Under the pieces are notes generated by a model, which searched no databases, had not been told where the DNA came from, and worked only from the letters and a program-made list of their open reading frames with translations. A program made the position numbers and the translations under genes. A stretch of DNA of 64,000 nucleotides, taken from contig CAVYES010000004.1 in NCBI GenBank assembly GCA_963767735.1, positions 320,001 through 384,000 on the forward strand, written 5' to 3'. This stretch comes from Candidatus Bathyarchaeota archaeon (GTDB lineage Archaea > Thermoproteota > Bathyarchaeia > Bathyarchaeales > Bathycorpusculaceae). Below are positions 30,339 to 40,952 of this stretch, piece after piece (the stretch's first letter is position 1; every line of letters starts with the position of its first letter).

Positions 30339-32156
30339 CTATTGCGTGTATGTTTTTGCTTCTGTCAGGGTCTCAGCAACATTGTCATATGCCTTCATCA
30401 CATCTGTTCGAGTAACTATTCCAAGCAGTTGACCTGTCTGTCGTGAAACAACCGGCATTCTCCCAATTCCATTTGTAGTCATTTTATGAAGAACATCATG
30501 AAGTGACTCATCTGGATACGTCACGAGAACGTTCTTAGTCATAATATTCGCAAGTTGAGTTGAACCCATCTGTTCTCTGGGAACGCGTATTACGTCAGAC
30601 ATCGACACTATACCCACAACTTTCTGGGAGTCTAAAATTGGTAGCCCATTGAAGTGCTTCTCAAGCATCAATTGATAAGCCGTCTTAACCATGTCATTGG
30701 GTGCAAGAGAGATGCAGTGGGGGTTTGTCGCATCCATCACTTGAATCTTTGTCAGCAGAGGAACGTTGTACTCCCCTCTGTGAGCAGGAGAATCAGCCCT
30801 AGTCTTGACTTGACTACGGTAAATCGTGTATTTTGAACCGCAAACAAAAAAAGCTATCACAACTGCAACCATTGAAGGTGCAATTAGAGAAAGGTTGCCT
30901 GTCATCTCACTTACCATTAAAATCACGGCTATTGGAACCCGACCGACACCCGCAAACAAAGCCATCATACCCACAATCACGAGTGATCCAGCCAAAGGAA
31001 TAAATCCGGGAAACAATGAGTTGGTCGCAACCCAAAGAGCGGCACCTACGAATCCTCCTATTCCTAATGCAGGTGCAAAAACTCCGCCGCTTCCACCTGA
31101 GCCAACAGTTAAAGACGTTGCAAAGATTCTGAATACAACTATCAGTGACAGAGTGATGATTAATGGAAGGGCGATGTAGTTTGTTGTGATCATGTTCAGC
31201 TTTCCATCAATCAAGAATTGTAGGAAACCGTAGCCCAATCCTATAACCTGTGGAAAGAAGATGCCTATTACACCAGCGAATGCGGCTCCAATCGCTGGTT
31301 TGAAGTAATTAGGAAGCCGCACAGAGTTAAAGTATGATTTTACCGAGTAAAAAGTGGTTGTGTAGAATCTGCCTATAAGACCGCATAGCACTCCAAGAAT
31401 TGCGAAGATTACGATGGTCCAAGGATTACTAAAGGAGAAGACAGAAGAGGAAGTTCCGAAAATTGGAGTGAAGCCGGTGAAAGATCCAAAGATAACATAT
31501 CCTACAGGTGAAGCAATGAAGGCGGGGATGAGGGCGCTGGTTTCAAAATCTCCTCCACTATAGAGTATTTCCGCGCTGAGGATAGCCCCGGCGAATGGAG
31601 ATTTAAAGATTGAGCCGATTCCAGCGCCTATACCTACGGCCACCGCTATTCTTCTGTCACTTGCAGACAGCTTAAGGGCATCCGAAATTGAAGAGCCAAA
31701 ACCAGCTGCAATTAGTGCAGTTGGTCCTTCTCTGCCAGCGCTGCCTCCCGAACCTATTGTGAATGCGGATGCAATAGTTTTGATTATGGGTACTCTCTTT
31801 CTGATTTTTCCGTTTTTTTGATGAAACGATTCTATTGCCGCATCGGTTCCGTGTCCTTCTGCTTCGGGTGCAAATTTGAACACTAATAAACCTGCGATTA
31901 GACCTCCGATTATTGTCGATACGGGTATTAGCAGGAAATTGGGGTGTGAAATGACACTTGTTGAAAGCTCTCCAGCTGCAGTTGGAGGGTAGAATCCAGT
32001 TATTCCGCCTAGCATTATATTTGTTACAAGCTGTATTAACTCGTAGAAGATAATTGCGCCTATGCCAGCAACGATGCCTATTAAGAGACCAGTGACGACC
32101 CACTTTCCAACATAACTTTCGTGAAGGATACGGTCAAACATGCTTCTAACTTTCAA
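30339..32156 (-). CDS. CLC chloride channel/Cl-:H+ antiporter with CBS pair
   Basis: GHGTD, GREGP, GGVFAP signatures; two C-terminal CBS domains. Confidence 0.92.
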   Translation of the reverse strand: MKVRSMFDRILHESYVGKWVVTGLLIGIVAGIGAIIFYELIQLVTNIMLGGITGFYPPTAAGELSTSVISHPNFLLIPVSTIIGGLIAGLLVFKFAPEAEGHGTDAAIESFHQKNGKIRKRVPIIKTIASAFTIGSGGSAGREGPTALIAAGFGSSISDALKLSASDRRIAVAVGIGAGIGSIFKSPFAGAILSAEILYSGGDFETSALIPAFIASPVGYVIFGSFTGFTPIFGTSSSVFSFSNPWTIVIFAILGVLCGLIGRFYTTTFYSVKSYFNSVRLPNYFKPAIGAAFAGVIGIFFPQVIGLGYGFLQFLIDGKLNMITTNYIALPLIITLSLIVVFRIFATSLTVGSGGSGGVFAPALGIGGFVGAALWVATNSLFPGFIPLAGSLVIVGMMALFAGVGRVPIAVILMVSEMTGNLSLIAPSMVAVVIAFFVCGSKYTIYRSQVKTRADSPAHRGEYNVPLLTKIQVMDATNPHCISLAPNDMVKTAYQLMLEKHFNGLPILDSQKVVGIVSMSDVIRVPREQMGSTQLANIMTKNVLVTYPDESLHDVLHKMTTNGIGRMPVVSRQTGQLLGIVTRTDVMKAYDNVAETLTEAKTYTQ

Positions 32157-32813
32157 ATTACATTTCGCCTACGTTTCTAGCCGTTTTTTTATTCTACTTT
32201 CTTCATAGCAAGGTGCTTAATCAAGTTCTCGCAATGGAAAAACTCGAAAGCGCCCTGGTTTGTCCCGAAATTCCTAACGTTTATGTTTGAGTTGGTTCTT
32301 GTATTTTTTGAGAAACGTCCAAGCTTAGGAGGTGACCCAAGCGGGACAAGATGAGCACGAGACTTGCGCTCTCAATCTCTTTCAATCTTAGCTTTAACCT
32401 CGGAAACATCCTCATTCACCCAAGCAGCTTTCAACAAAGATTTAGCTTCCCCAAACTTTTGTCTTTGAAGAAACGAACGAAAGCACTATCTGATTTCTCG
32501 TCTCTAACTTTTTGGGTAAGACACAAACAAAATTCTTAGAATAACTCTTAACTTTACTAAAATCAACGACAACGAAACGAAAGCTTTTCAGCAACCACCT
32601 ATGTTCACATATAACATTAAATGGACTGACACCAACATTAAAAGAAGCGAAAAACAGTGAAGATGTAGGAATATGTTTTGGTCGAAGAGGAAAGAAATAA
32701 GAAACCTAAACTTCCAAAGAAGAGCCTCAATAAAATCTTAAAAAAGACAGGCCAACGTTGAACACCTTAAGCAATAAAATTCAAAGCAAAATCCACTCGC
32801 TTCTATATAATTA

Positions 32814-34463
32814 CTATCGGAAATACGGTTTTTCTCTGGTAGAGCTTAAACCAATTATGCAGTTGATTTTAGTTTTGGTTTTTTTGTTTTTGGTTTTGCG
32901 TTTGGGAATTTTTGGAAAAGAATTGTATAGGGCAGAGGCTCTTGCTCGTATGATTTTTCTTGTTTCAACTGTAACAGGCGACGTTGCGATTAGTTTGTCG
33001 AGTTTCTCTTTGTTTTCTTCTATTCTTTTTGTGAATTCTTCGTTGGATATTTTGCCTTCCGATTTTAGTTTTCTCACTTCTTCCATATGCGAGGCTATTA
33101 ACTCGAATTGTTCGTCAATTTCTGTTTCTGGCACGGTTTCGGTTTGCGGTATTTTTTTCCTTACATAGCGGAACAGTAAAGGCACTTGGAAGACGATTGA
33201 GATGAAGGCTACTCCGAGCACCATTGTATCTATTGTATTGATATCTCCCTGAGAAATAACCGCAGAAGCAGTTATCGTAGCCACTAACGCTATGGACAAA
33301 GCACCTCGGACTCCGCCAAGCATCGCGATGTTACGCCAGACGGCAGATATTTTGTCACCAAATTTGTTAAACACAGTAAGTATTGGGTAAACCGTAGCTG
33401 CTCTAGCTATAGTCACAGCTGCATATGCAACCACGATGAGCAGAACTGATTGCGAAAGAGTGATAATATTTGTCTCGAAACCGATGATTAGAAACGCAAT
33501 CGAGTTGCCTAGGAAGGCTGCTATCTGCCAAAAAGTCTTTACGGTTTCCTTTGACGCAGGTTCCATGGCGGACCGCATAGTGAAGTTGCCAAAGTATAAA
33601 CCTGCCACGGCGACCGCTATTAGTCCTGAGGCGCCTATTCCGGTTGCTAAAGCGTACGATCCGTATACCACCGCAACCGTCAAGATGGTTTCGGCCACTC
33701 TGTCCTCTATCAAGCTTGAAAGTACTTCGCCTAGAAACGCTGCTGCCAACCCGATTAAAACGCCTACACCAAGAGTAAATCCGAAATTGAGCGCTGTTTG
33801 GGTTACCGAAATCTGGTGAAGACCAACGGTTGAGAGAATTATTGTGAAAAGAACAATACCGGTAGCGTCGTTGAAGGCTGCTTCGGTGTCTAGCAGCGTA
33901 GATAGTTTGGAAGGCACCTTGACCCGTCGAAAAACCTCTAAAACCGTAACTGTGTCCGTTGGGGCAATCAGTGCTGCGAAAAGAAAAGAAACGGTTGGTG
34001 AAAGGCCGACGCCCTTCCATAGGATAAGCCCACCAACCGCGGTGGCTATTAAAACGCCCACTGTCGCTAACGCTAACGATGGCTTGATGATAGCCCGCAG
34101 ATCACTGGCGCGAAGGTGAATCATGGCTTCGAATATTAAGGGGGGAACAACGATGCCTACGAAAAGACCGCCTCCGCCACCTTGAAGCAATTGAGCGCAG
34201 AGTGATCTCAATTGAGAAATCAGGCTCTCGAAAGACCCTCCCTGAAGGGTAAACGAAGACGCGATTACTGTGATCACAACGCCTGTTAAGACCAAAACGA
34301 GAGTGTACGGTACCTTGAGCTTTGTCGATAGGACTGCAGCTAGGAAAGCTATAAGCAGGAACGCTGCCACAATGAGCTCGATGCTGAGAACCAGAAGACT
34401 ACCCACCTTTGTTACAACTTTTGCATGAAGCTTGTTTTCTAATTCTTCAAAGCCCTTAATCAA
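32814..34463 (-). CDS. nhaP: NhaP-type Na+/H+ antiporter
   Basis: APTD, EAAFNDATG, GVRGALS motifs; exact start uncertain. Confidence 0.88.
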   Translation of the reverse strand: MIKGFEELENKLHAKVVTKVGSLLVLSIELIVAAFLLIAFLAAVLSTKLKVPYTLVLVLTGVVITVIASSFTLQGGSFESLISQLRSLCAQLLQGGGGGLFVGIVVPPLIFEAMIHLRASDLRAIIKPSLALATVGVLIATAVGGLILWKGVGLSPTVSFLFAALIAPTDTVTVLEVFRRVKVPSKLSTLLDTEAAFNDATGIVLFTIILSTVGLHQISVTQTALNFGFTLGVGVLIGLAAAFLGEVLSSLIEDRVAETILTVAVVYGSYALATGIGASGLIAVAVAGLYFGNFTMRSAMEPASKETVKTFWQIAAFLGNSIAFLIIGFETNIITLSQSVLLIVVAYAAVTIARAATVYPILTVFNKFGDKISAVWRNIAMLGGVRGALSIALVATITASAVISQGDINTIDTMVLGVAFISIVFQVPLLFRYVRKKIPQTETVPETEIDEQFELIASHMEEVRKLKSEGKISNEEFTKRIEENKEKLDKLIATSPVTVETRKIIRARASALYNSFPKIPKRKTKNKKTKTKINCIIGLSSTREKPYFR

Positions 34464-34543
34464 TCTGTCTCGGCAACCACAGAGACCAACTACGAAAGAA
34501 AGAAGAACTTAGCGGAATTAATTGGATTTGAGCCTTAAACGGT

Positions 34544-34570
34544 TGGGTCTCTATGGATTTGAACCCAAAA
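34544..34570 (-). repeat. tRNA-3'-end-like fragment, copy 1
   Basis: Reverse complement contains GGGTTCAAATCC (T-arm); near-identical to 40785-40811. Confidence 0.55.
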
Positions 34571-34777
34571 CAGGGTTATTGAAGTAGCCTCACTAAACTT
34601 AGTGTAAGTTTTAAACGTAAGTCTAAAAATCTCTGGCCCCACTAAATTAACAAAAGCACTCAACTTTAACATAGTTATTTTATCTTAAGCGATTACTTCA
34701 TCGGTTTTTTGTTAAGCAGAAAAACTATTGCTTTTTAAAATAAACGAAAGCTCTTTTTGGTACCGTACGGCGTTGGC

Positions 34778-35164
34778 TCAGGGCTTCATCAAGATAATAC
34801 GAATAGGCTCTATTCTCAGAATGACCCTATCGCCGTGCTGCCTGTAGTCCATGTCCATATACTTATGCGCAAGCTTATCTATATGTTCCTCAGCGCCTTC
34901 TTTTCTTATCTCAACAACCTTGCCCCTAATGAAAAGCGAATCGTACGGGTCATTCATGTTGAATACGCTTAGGGCCACACGAGGATCACGCCTAATATTT
35001 CTTGTTTTGACCCTGTTCTCTGTTGTATTGATCAGTACGGTGTCGCCATCGTGGTCTATCCAAGTGGTCGTTACGTGGGGGGAACCATTCTTCATCAACG
35101 TGGCAATGTTTGCGAAATTTTTCCCTTCAATCAATTTCTTAGCTTTTTCTGGCAGGTTTACCAT
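34778..35164 (-). CDS. PPOX-class F420-dependent oxidoreductase
   Basis: IATLMKNGSPHVT, KTRNIRRDPRVALS motifs. Confidence 0.88.
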   Translation of the reverse strand: MVNLPEKAKKLIEGKNFANIATLMKNGSPHVTTTWIDHDGDTVLINTTENRVKTRNIRRDPRVALSVFNMNDPYDSLFIRGKVVEIRKEGAEEHIDKLAHKYMDMDYRQHGDRVILRIEPIRIILMKP

Positions 35165-35221
35165 ATGGTCACCATACTAAGGAAGGGGGCACAATGATTA
35201 ATAACTTTCTTGGCTAGCGCG

Positions 35222-35701
35222 CTATATAGATTGCTTCAACTTCAAAGCAAACTCTTCAGCATGTTTGAGGTCTTCGGCGTTAGGTCTGCCTTTATTCAAT
35301 CCACCAAACCGGCCGTAGATACGATTAGTGTTAAATCCTTTGCAATTAAACTCATCAACAACAGTGTAGCCTTTAGATTGCAGTTTCTCCTTAAGTGCTG
35401 TGTGAAATTTGCCTGTAACTTTTCCAAAGACCATTGAGTCAACGCTCACGAAACTTGTTGAGAAAATGAATGCTTTCTTATCGGTGACTTGTGGGAGTTT
35501 GTCGGCTAGTTCAAGCAGACTTTCGTGGTGTTTTTCATCGTATATTCCTGACCCGAACCCTACTAAGTCAAACTGTTGAAGCTCTTCTGGGTTAGTTTGC
35601 TGCGGAGTTTTGAGTTGCGCATCGAGAACTTTTGCCATAGCTTCAGCTACTTTCTGAGTATTATTGTGATGATAAGAATAACAAACTACCAGAGACTTCA
35701 T
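35222..35701 (-). CDS. Flavodoxin family protein
   Basis: SYHHNNTQKVA, GFGSGIY, NKGRPNAEDL. Confidence 0.88.
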   Translation of the reverse strand: MKSLVVCYSYHHNNTQKVAEAMAKVLDAQLKTPQQTNPEELQQFDLVGFGSGIYDEKHHESLLELADKLPQVTDKKAFIFSTSFVSVDSMVFGKVTGKFHTALKEKLQSKGYTVVDEFNCKGFNTNRIYGRFGGLNKGRPNAEDLKHAEEFALKLKQSI

Positions 35702-35878
35702 GATGTACTCAACCTACGACTTCATTGTATGCGTTACAATTAACTTCTTTTCCTAACTAACAATAATGCATTGTGCTCACTTATCAGTAGAAAGAAAGTC
35801 GAGCGCACTATTTTTACCCTGTAAGCTGTGCGATTTCCTAAGGATGCAAACAACCGCAATGTAGGGCAAATATAGGGT

Positions 35879-37186
35879 CTACTTTTTGAGTTGAACACCC
35901 TGCCGCCACACAGCTTGGATGGACAGCGTATCGGAGATGTTCGTCGTCGGGTCCCCATCGACCAGCAGCAGGTCGGCACGAGCCCCTGGAGCGACTCGGC
36001 CTCGGTCAGTTAGGGAAAACCGGCGCGCAGGGGTGGACGTCGCTGCCTGCAAAGCTTCAACCGGGGTCAATCCAGCTGCGACCAGAAGTTGCAGTTCTTG
36101 GTGCAAACTGGCGCCGTGGGCAAGTCCACCGAGGCTGGGAATAGGCTCCGACACATCACAACCTGCCAGAATATCCACACCCGCCTTGTGGAGGGCCATG
36201 ACGCCGGCATAAGCATCTTCAAGCTTTCCTTCGGGGTAGACGTTCATGCTGCGGGAGAGCGAGTCGAGCCACTTCTGGCTCAGCCTGGAACTTACTCGTT
36301 TGTCGGCTGCCAGCGCGGATGCGTTATTGCCAACGGCAGAGGAGATTGTCACCAGGGTTGGTATAACAAACGCACCTGAGGATGCAGCGGCATCCACAAA
36401 TTTGGGAGAAGGCTGACTGTCAAAGAATATGTGCGCCAGCCCATCTACTCCAGCCGCAATAGCTCGCCTGCCTCCTTCAGCGGTCGTCACATGGGCGATG
36501 GCCATCTTACCATTACGATGAGCTTCTTTTACGGTTGCATTGAGGGTTTCATCATTCAGTACAGGAAGTCCGGGGAAACCGATACAGGTTCCATCTTCTA
36601 TAAAGATTTTAATGTAGTCGGCTCCTTGGGCGATCTGTTTGTCTACGAATTTGACTGCCTCGTCAGGGGTCGAGACAGTCGGATAACGGTAGAAGAAGCG
36701 TATAAGTAAGTTGTTGCTTGAGCTCATATATTCAGTTGGATGACCTCCTGGAGGAGTGAGGCCCATCCCTGGAGAGCGCAAATCAGCGATATCTCTCCGT
36801 TCAGCGATTTTTTTACGCATCCTCGGTGTCCAATGGCCGTTCATCTCCAGCTCTGTGGTGACACCAAACAACAGCGCGTCCCGCAAGCCGCTCAGGTCGG
36901 TATGCACATGGGAGTCAATCAAGCCGGGCATCAGGGTTGCGCCGTGACCATCGATGACAGTGGCCCCGGCTGGTACCTCGCCACCCACCGCCTGTATATA
37001 TGCCCCTTTGATCACCACAGTCGTGTCGTCGATGACACGGTCACCGTCGAAGATCCTCGCGTTGGTTATGGCTGTAATCCGATCTTGTAAAAGTACTGGC
37101 TTATTTCTGCCACCCCTCAAAACTCCAACAGCAAGAGTCCCGGCAACAACGGCCGTTACCGTTTTCAGGAAGGTCTTTTTGGACAT
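35879..37186 (-). CDS. Amidohydrolase superfamily protein
   Basis: PGLIDSHVH, YIKI, IAH, LAH, AGCD, GARADLLLVDGDP; start could be 37246. Confidence 0.9.
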   Translation of the reverse strand: MSKKTFLKTVTAVVAGTLAVGVLRGGRNKPVLLQDRITAITNARIFDGDRVIDDTTVVIKGAYIQAVGGEVPAGATVIDGHGATLMPGLIDSHVHTDLSGLRDALLFGVTTELEMNGHWTPRMRKKIAERRDIADLRSPGMGLTPPGGHPTEYMSSSNNLLIRFFYRYPTVSTPDEAVKFVDKQIAQGADYIKIFIEDGTCIGFPGLPVLNDETLNATVKEAHRNGKMAIAHVTTAEGGRRAIAAGVDGLAHIFFDSQPSPKFVDAAASSGAFVIPTLVTISSAVGNNASALAADKRVSSRLSQKWLDSLSRSMNVYPEGKLEDAYAGVMALHKAGVDILAGCDVSEPIPSLGGLAHGASLHQELQLLVAAGLTPVEALQAATSTPARRFSLTDRGRVAPGARADLLLVDGDPTTNISDTLSIQAVWRQGVQLKK

Positions 37187-37488
37187 TTCACGCTCGTGAT
37201 TATGCTTGTTTTCATAAATGCATTTTTCACATTTCATAGCAGTCACGTCGCATATTCCTTCTTATCGTTGTAGTCGAATACAGTCACTTTCTTATAAAAG
37301 ACTACCAAAAGCTTTAATGGGTACCAAAAGCTCGGTTTATTTGGAGATTTTTTATGACAAGTTTTTCTGTCTTCTCTTTGCCCTTTCTCTCCAGTCTACA
37401 AGAATGAACACTGCGAGAAATATCGAGGGAAGCGTGAGCAACTCGTTCATGGTGGTTCAAAACCAGCGAATAGATTCTAAGGAATGAG

Positions 37489-38424
37489 GTGAATATGGTC
37501 CAAAAAAGGAAAATCCGTAAGGTGTTTAAAAGCATGGTCACTCTCGAAGGGGCCGGAGTCCATCTTCACAGGGTGTTTGCTAATGGCGAGGTGCCGCTCT
37601 TTGATCCCTTCCTGCTTCTCGACGATTTCAGTAACACCCAACGCAGCCAGTACATTAAGGGTTTTCCCTGGCACCCTCATCGCGGCATCGAAACTATTAC
37701 GTACGTCCTGAAGGGCGATATTGAGCACGGTGACAGTCTAGGCAACGCGGGAATCATCTCCTCCGGTGATATGCAATGGATGACGGCGGGTAGTGGCATC
37801 ATTCACCAGGAGATGCCGAAGGGAGATAAGAATGGCGCAATGGAAGGCTTTCAACTGTGGGCGAATCTTCCGGCATCACACAAAATGATGTCTCCTCGTT
37901 ACCGAGATATAAAAAGCGATCAGGTCCCGAAGGTTGAAACCGCTAGCGGCGCTGAGGTACGAGTCATCTGCGGTACTCTGGATGGAAAGCAGGGACCGGT
38001 CACTGATGTTGTAAGTGAGCCTGAGTATCTGGACGTTACCGTACCGATTGCTTCCGATTTCGTCCATGATATCCCCCAAGGGCACACAGCCTTCGCCTAC
38101 GTTATCTCTGGGAAAGGCATCTTCAGCGATGAAACAAATCCCTTTGGGTATGATGCCCAGGGAGAGAATTACTTCGACATGCAGCGTGACGCATATATTC
38201 GAAAAGGATCGGCAGTGCTCTTCACCGATGGTGACCGGGTGATAGTAAAAGCTCCAGAAGAGGAGTTGCGTTTATTACTTATTTCAGGTCGACCTATCAG
38301 GGAACCCGTGGCATGGTGGGGTCCTATCGTCATGAATACCGAAGCGGAGCTAAAGACTGCGTTCGAGGAATATGCAAACGGCACATTTATCAAACACAAG
38401 TCACGGCTGGACCCAGTTGTGTGA
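37489..38424 (+). CDS. Pirin family protein
   Basis: DPFLLLD, GFPWHPHRGIETITY, WMTAGSGIIHQE. Confidence 0.95.
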   Translation: MNMVQKRKIRKVFKSMVTLEGAGVHLHRVFANGEVPLFDPFLLLDDFSNTQRSQYIKGFPWHPHRGIETITYVLKGDIEHGDSLGNAGIISSGDMQWMTAGSGIIHQEMPKGDKNGAMEGFQLWANLPASHKMMSPRYRDIKSDQVPKVETASGAEVRVICGTLDGKQGPVTDVVSEPEYLDVTVPIASDFVHDIPQGHTAFAYVISGKGIFSDETNPFGYDAQGENYFDMQRDAYIRKGSAVLFTDGDRVIVKAPEEELRLLLISGRPIREPVAWWGPIVMNTEAELKTAFEEYANGTFIKHKSRLDPVV

Positions 38425-38508
38425 TGTGCTTCTAAATCGTCGAGCCTTTTCTTATCCGCAAGCTCCCTTGCAAAAATATGTTTCTAAGCGCGCCGCGCTA
38501 TCTTCTCC

Positions 38509-39504
38509 TCACATCTTTGCTTCAAAAGTCTTCGGGCTGTGTGGTGCACCCAGATAGGGGAACTCGTCCAGCAAGTCAGCATGCGGTCCGGTCTTGTCAG
38601 ATGTTAGCCTGCCATTATACACAGTCAGAAAGACGTTTTTCGAATCGTCCCTAGGCGTGCGCCCGTTTCCAGGATACGACGCGAGCTTCATGGGATTGTA
38701 GGGCAAGACGTCAGGCAACAGGCTCATTGCCGCTGCCTTCGCACCTTCAGGGGTGTAACCGGCAGTGTGCTCAAGGACGTGTGCAAACATCGGCACGAAT
38801 CTTTCGTCCTGCGCAGGTTCGCCGTCGAGGTATGCCCCTTTTTCGGCGTCCGTCATAAAGGGGGTCTGAGTGGGCCGAGCTCCGCGGTCGGCCTGCACCC
38901 ATTTACCGTCAACCTGCACAAGGGAACGATGCCAAAGATTCAAACTCACCCCGCCGCCAATGTCGCTGATAGGCAGCTCCAAGGCTATGCTGCAAACATC
39001 CTTGTCGGCAAAGAAGTCCTTCCCCGTGAATTGCATTTTGTTTAGAGCACCGTCCACGTCGAAGAAAAACGGGTCACTGCGCCAGCCAGCAAAAAAACGA
39101 TACGCGTCAGACTCCGTCACCTTCGCCTCGCGACCCATCGAAACGGGCGCTCCTTGAATGATGACTTTGCCTTCTTCGCCTTTGCCAGCAACCTCAGGTC
39201 CTTCCGCCCGACGCACAGTCGCCTTCATTGTACCATCGCCGCTGTAGATGAAGCGCGTTCGATAGGCGATGTCTGCGACCAAGTCCCCATTCGCGTCCAC
39301 TCTTAGTTCATAGAGGGCCTCTGGCGCGAAGGGTTCCGTAGTTGTCGGTACCAGTGGTTTTAGTCCAGATGAGGGATGCATGTTCATAATCACAATCGAC
39401 TTGCTGGAGTCGCCACGTTTGGGAAACGCGAAAAGGTCAGTGAGATTCACACGTGCGTCTCCACGCGGAAAGCCTAAATTCGGTCCAGAATAATGGTGCG
39501 TCGT
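38509..39504 (-). CDS. DUF4331 family protein; N-terminus extends to an ACG codon at 39504
   Basis: In-frame (T)THHYSGPNLGFPRGDARVNLTDLFAF; FFAGWRSDPFFFD, GNGRTP, FPYLGAP; GAGGAGGT SD upstream of the ACG. Confidence 0.75.
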   Translation of the reverse strand, partial: TTHHYSGPNLGFPRGDARVNLTDLFAFPKRGDSSKSIVIMNMHPSSGLKPLVPTTTEPFAPEALYELRVDANGDLVADIAYRTRFIYSGDGTMKATVRRAEGPEVAGKGEEGKVIIQGAPVSMGREAKVTESDAYRFFAGWRSDPFFFDVDGALNKMQFTGKDFFADKDVCSIALELPISDIGGGVSLNLWHRSLVQVDGKWVQADRGARPTQTPFMTDAEKGAYLDGEPAQDERFVPMFAHVLEHTAGYTPEGAKAAAMSLLPDVLPYNPMKLASYPGNGRTPRDDSKNVFLTVYNGRLTSDKTGPHADLLDEFPYLGAPHSPKTFEAKM

Positions 39505-39746
39505 GTTCTTAACCTCCTCAAAATACTGTCTGACCAGTGAATAATCTGACCAATAAAAACTTTTGTGGCTACATCAAGTGGCAACACCAGAAGCGCGCCG
39601 CGCTCCACACGAGTTAGACAATGTCTTTAGAACTAAGGCAGAGACTTACTGAATAGTTGATAGAATAAACTGACTCAACTCAAGACAATGAGAAAAAGAA
39701 AAAGTGGAGGTTTTGCATTTAATGGTAAGAAATTCTAAGTCGGGAG

Positions 39747-40604
39747 TTAAACTGTCATGGATTCTGCTTCTTGATCCGAGGTTTTTCCTTCGAAGAAAGC
39801 CAGAAGATCCTCGTTCACTTGTTGCTTGTGTGTGGTGCACATGCCATGCGGCGCGCCCTTGTAGACTTTGAGCGTTGCTTTCTTGACGATTTTGGCGGAG
39901 AGCATACCCGAGTCGGCAATGGGAACAATCTGATCATCATCGCCCTGAAGAATCAAGGTTGGCACCTCGATTTTTTTGAGATCTTCCGTCATATCTGTTT
40001 CTGAGAATGCTTTGATACAGAAATATGCTGCTGGAAATCCTGCCATCATGCCTTGATGCCAGAAATTCTCGCGCACGCCTTCCGAAATTTTGGCGTTTGG
40101 TCTGTTGTAGCCGTAGAATGGCATCGAGAGGTCTTTAAAGAATTGCGAACGGTCAGCTATGACGTTTGCGCGCATTTGGTCAAAAATTTCTATTGGTAAC
40201 CCTCCGGGATTGTCTGCTGTATTAACCATTAACGGTGGAACCGCGCCGATCAGCACAGCTTTTGCGACTCTTTTGTTTCCATGGCGACCTATGTATCTTG
40301 TAACTTCGCCGCCTCCGGTTGAATGTCCAACCAGAATTACATTTTTTAGGTCAAGCTTTTCGATGATCTCATTAAGGTCATCCGCGTATGTGTCCATGTC
40401 ATTTCCGTTCCAAGGTTGACCTGAGCGTCCGTGCCCTCTTCGGTCATGCGCGATGCAGCGGTAACCTTTAGGCGCCAGATAGAACATTTGATCTTCGAAA
40501 GCATCGCCATTTAGTGGCCAGCCATGACTGAAAACAACGGGTTGCCCCTTGCCCCAATCTTTATAATAAATCTTCGTACCATCTTTAGTAATAATATTAG
40601 GCAT
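39747..40604 (-). CDS. cpo: Non-heme chloroperoxidase/arylesterase (alpha/beta hydrolase)
   Basis: [34 protein letters not shown]. Confidence 0.9.
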   Translation of the reverse strand: MPNIITKDGTKIYYKDWGKGQPVVFSHGWPLNGDAFEDQMFYLAPKGYRCIAHDRRGHGRSGQPWNGNDMDTYADDLNEIIEKLDLKNVILVGHSTGGGEVTRYIGRHGNKRVAKAVLIGAVPPLMVNTADNPGGLPIEIFDQMRANVIADRSQFFKDLSMPFYGYNRPNAKISEGVRENFWHQGMMAGFPAAYFCIKAFSETDMTEDLKKIEVPTLILQGDDDQIVPIADSGMLSAKIVKKATLKVYKGAPHGMCTTHKQQVNEDLLAFFEGKTSDQEAESMTV

Positions 40605-40784
40605 TTCAACAACTCCAGTTCCAAGAAAGGGAGCATAAATATTTTAGAATTTATGACTTCGCGCCGACTACAACAGGTATCAGCTTCAAATGCTTCCAAT
40701 GATTACCAGCAACAACTGATTTGTAATGTCTCAAAAAAGAGTGCTCTGACGTTGCTGGAGAAAAAATATAGAAGCGTAGGTCAG

Positions 40785-40811
40785 TGAGTCTCTATGGAAT
40801 TTGAACCAAAA
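40785..40811 (-). repeat. tRNA-3'-end-like fragment, copy 2
   Basis: TGAGTCTCTATGGAATTTGAACCAAAA vs TGGGTCTCTATGGATTTGAACCCAAAA at 34544. Confidence 0.55.
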
Positions 40812-40952
40812 TACCTTTTTACTGCAGCTTCATCAGCTAATTCAACCCTCACAGCCTACAACCTCATATCTTTTGTTTAATAAGGTTCTGTCAAGTCTCC
40901 GTTTGTTGACTTTCCATGTCAACTTTCGTCTGCTTATAGCGCATTTTCATTC

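Noticed and set aside
32351-32760. Short ORF fragments between CLC and nhaP
   Set aside because: Fragmentary, with no recognisable motif
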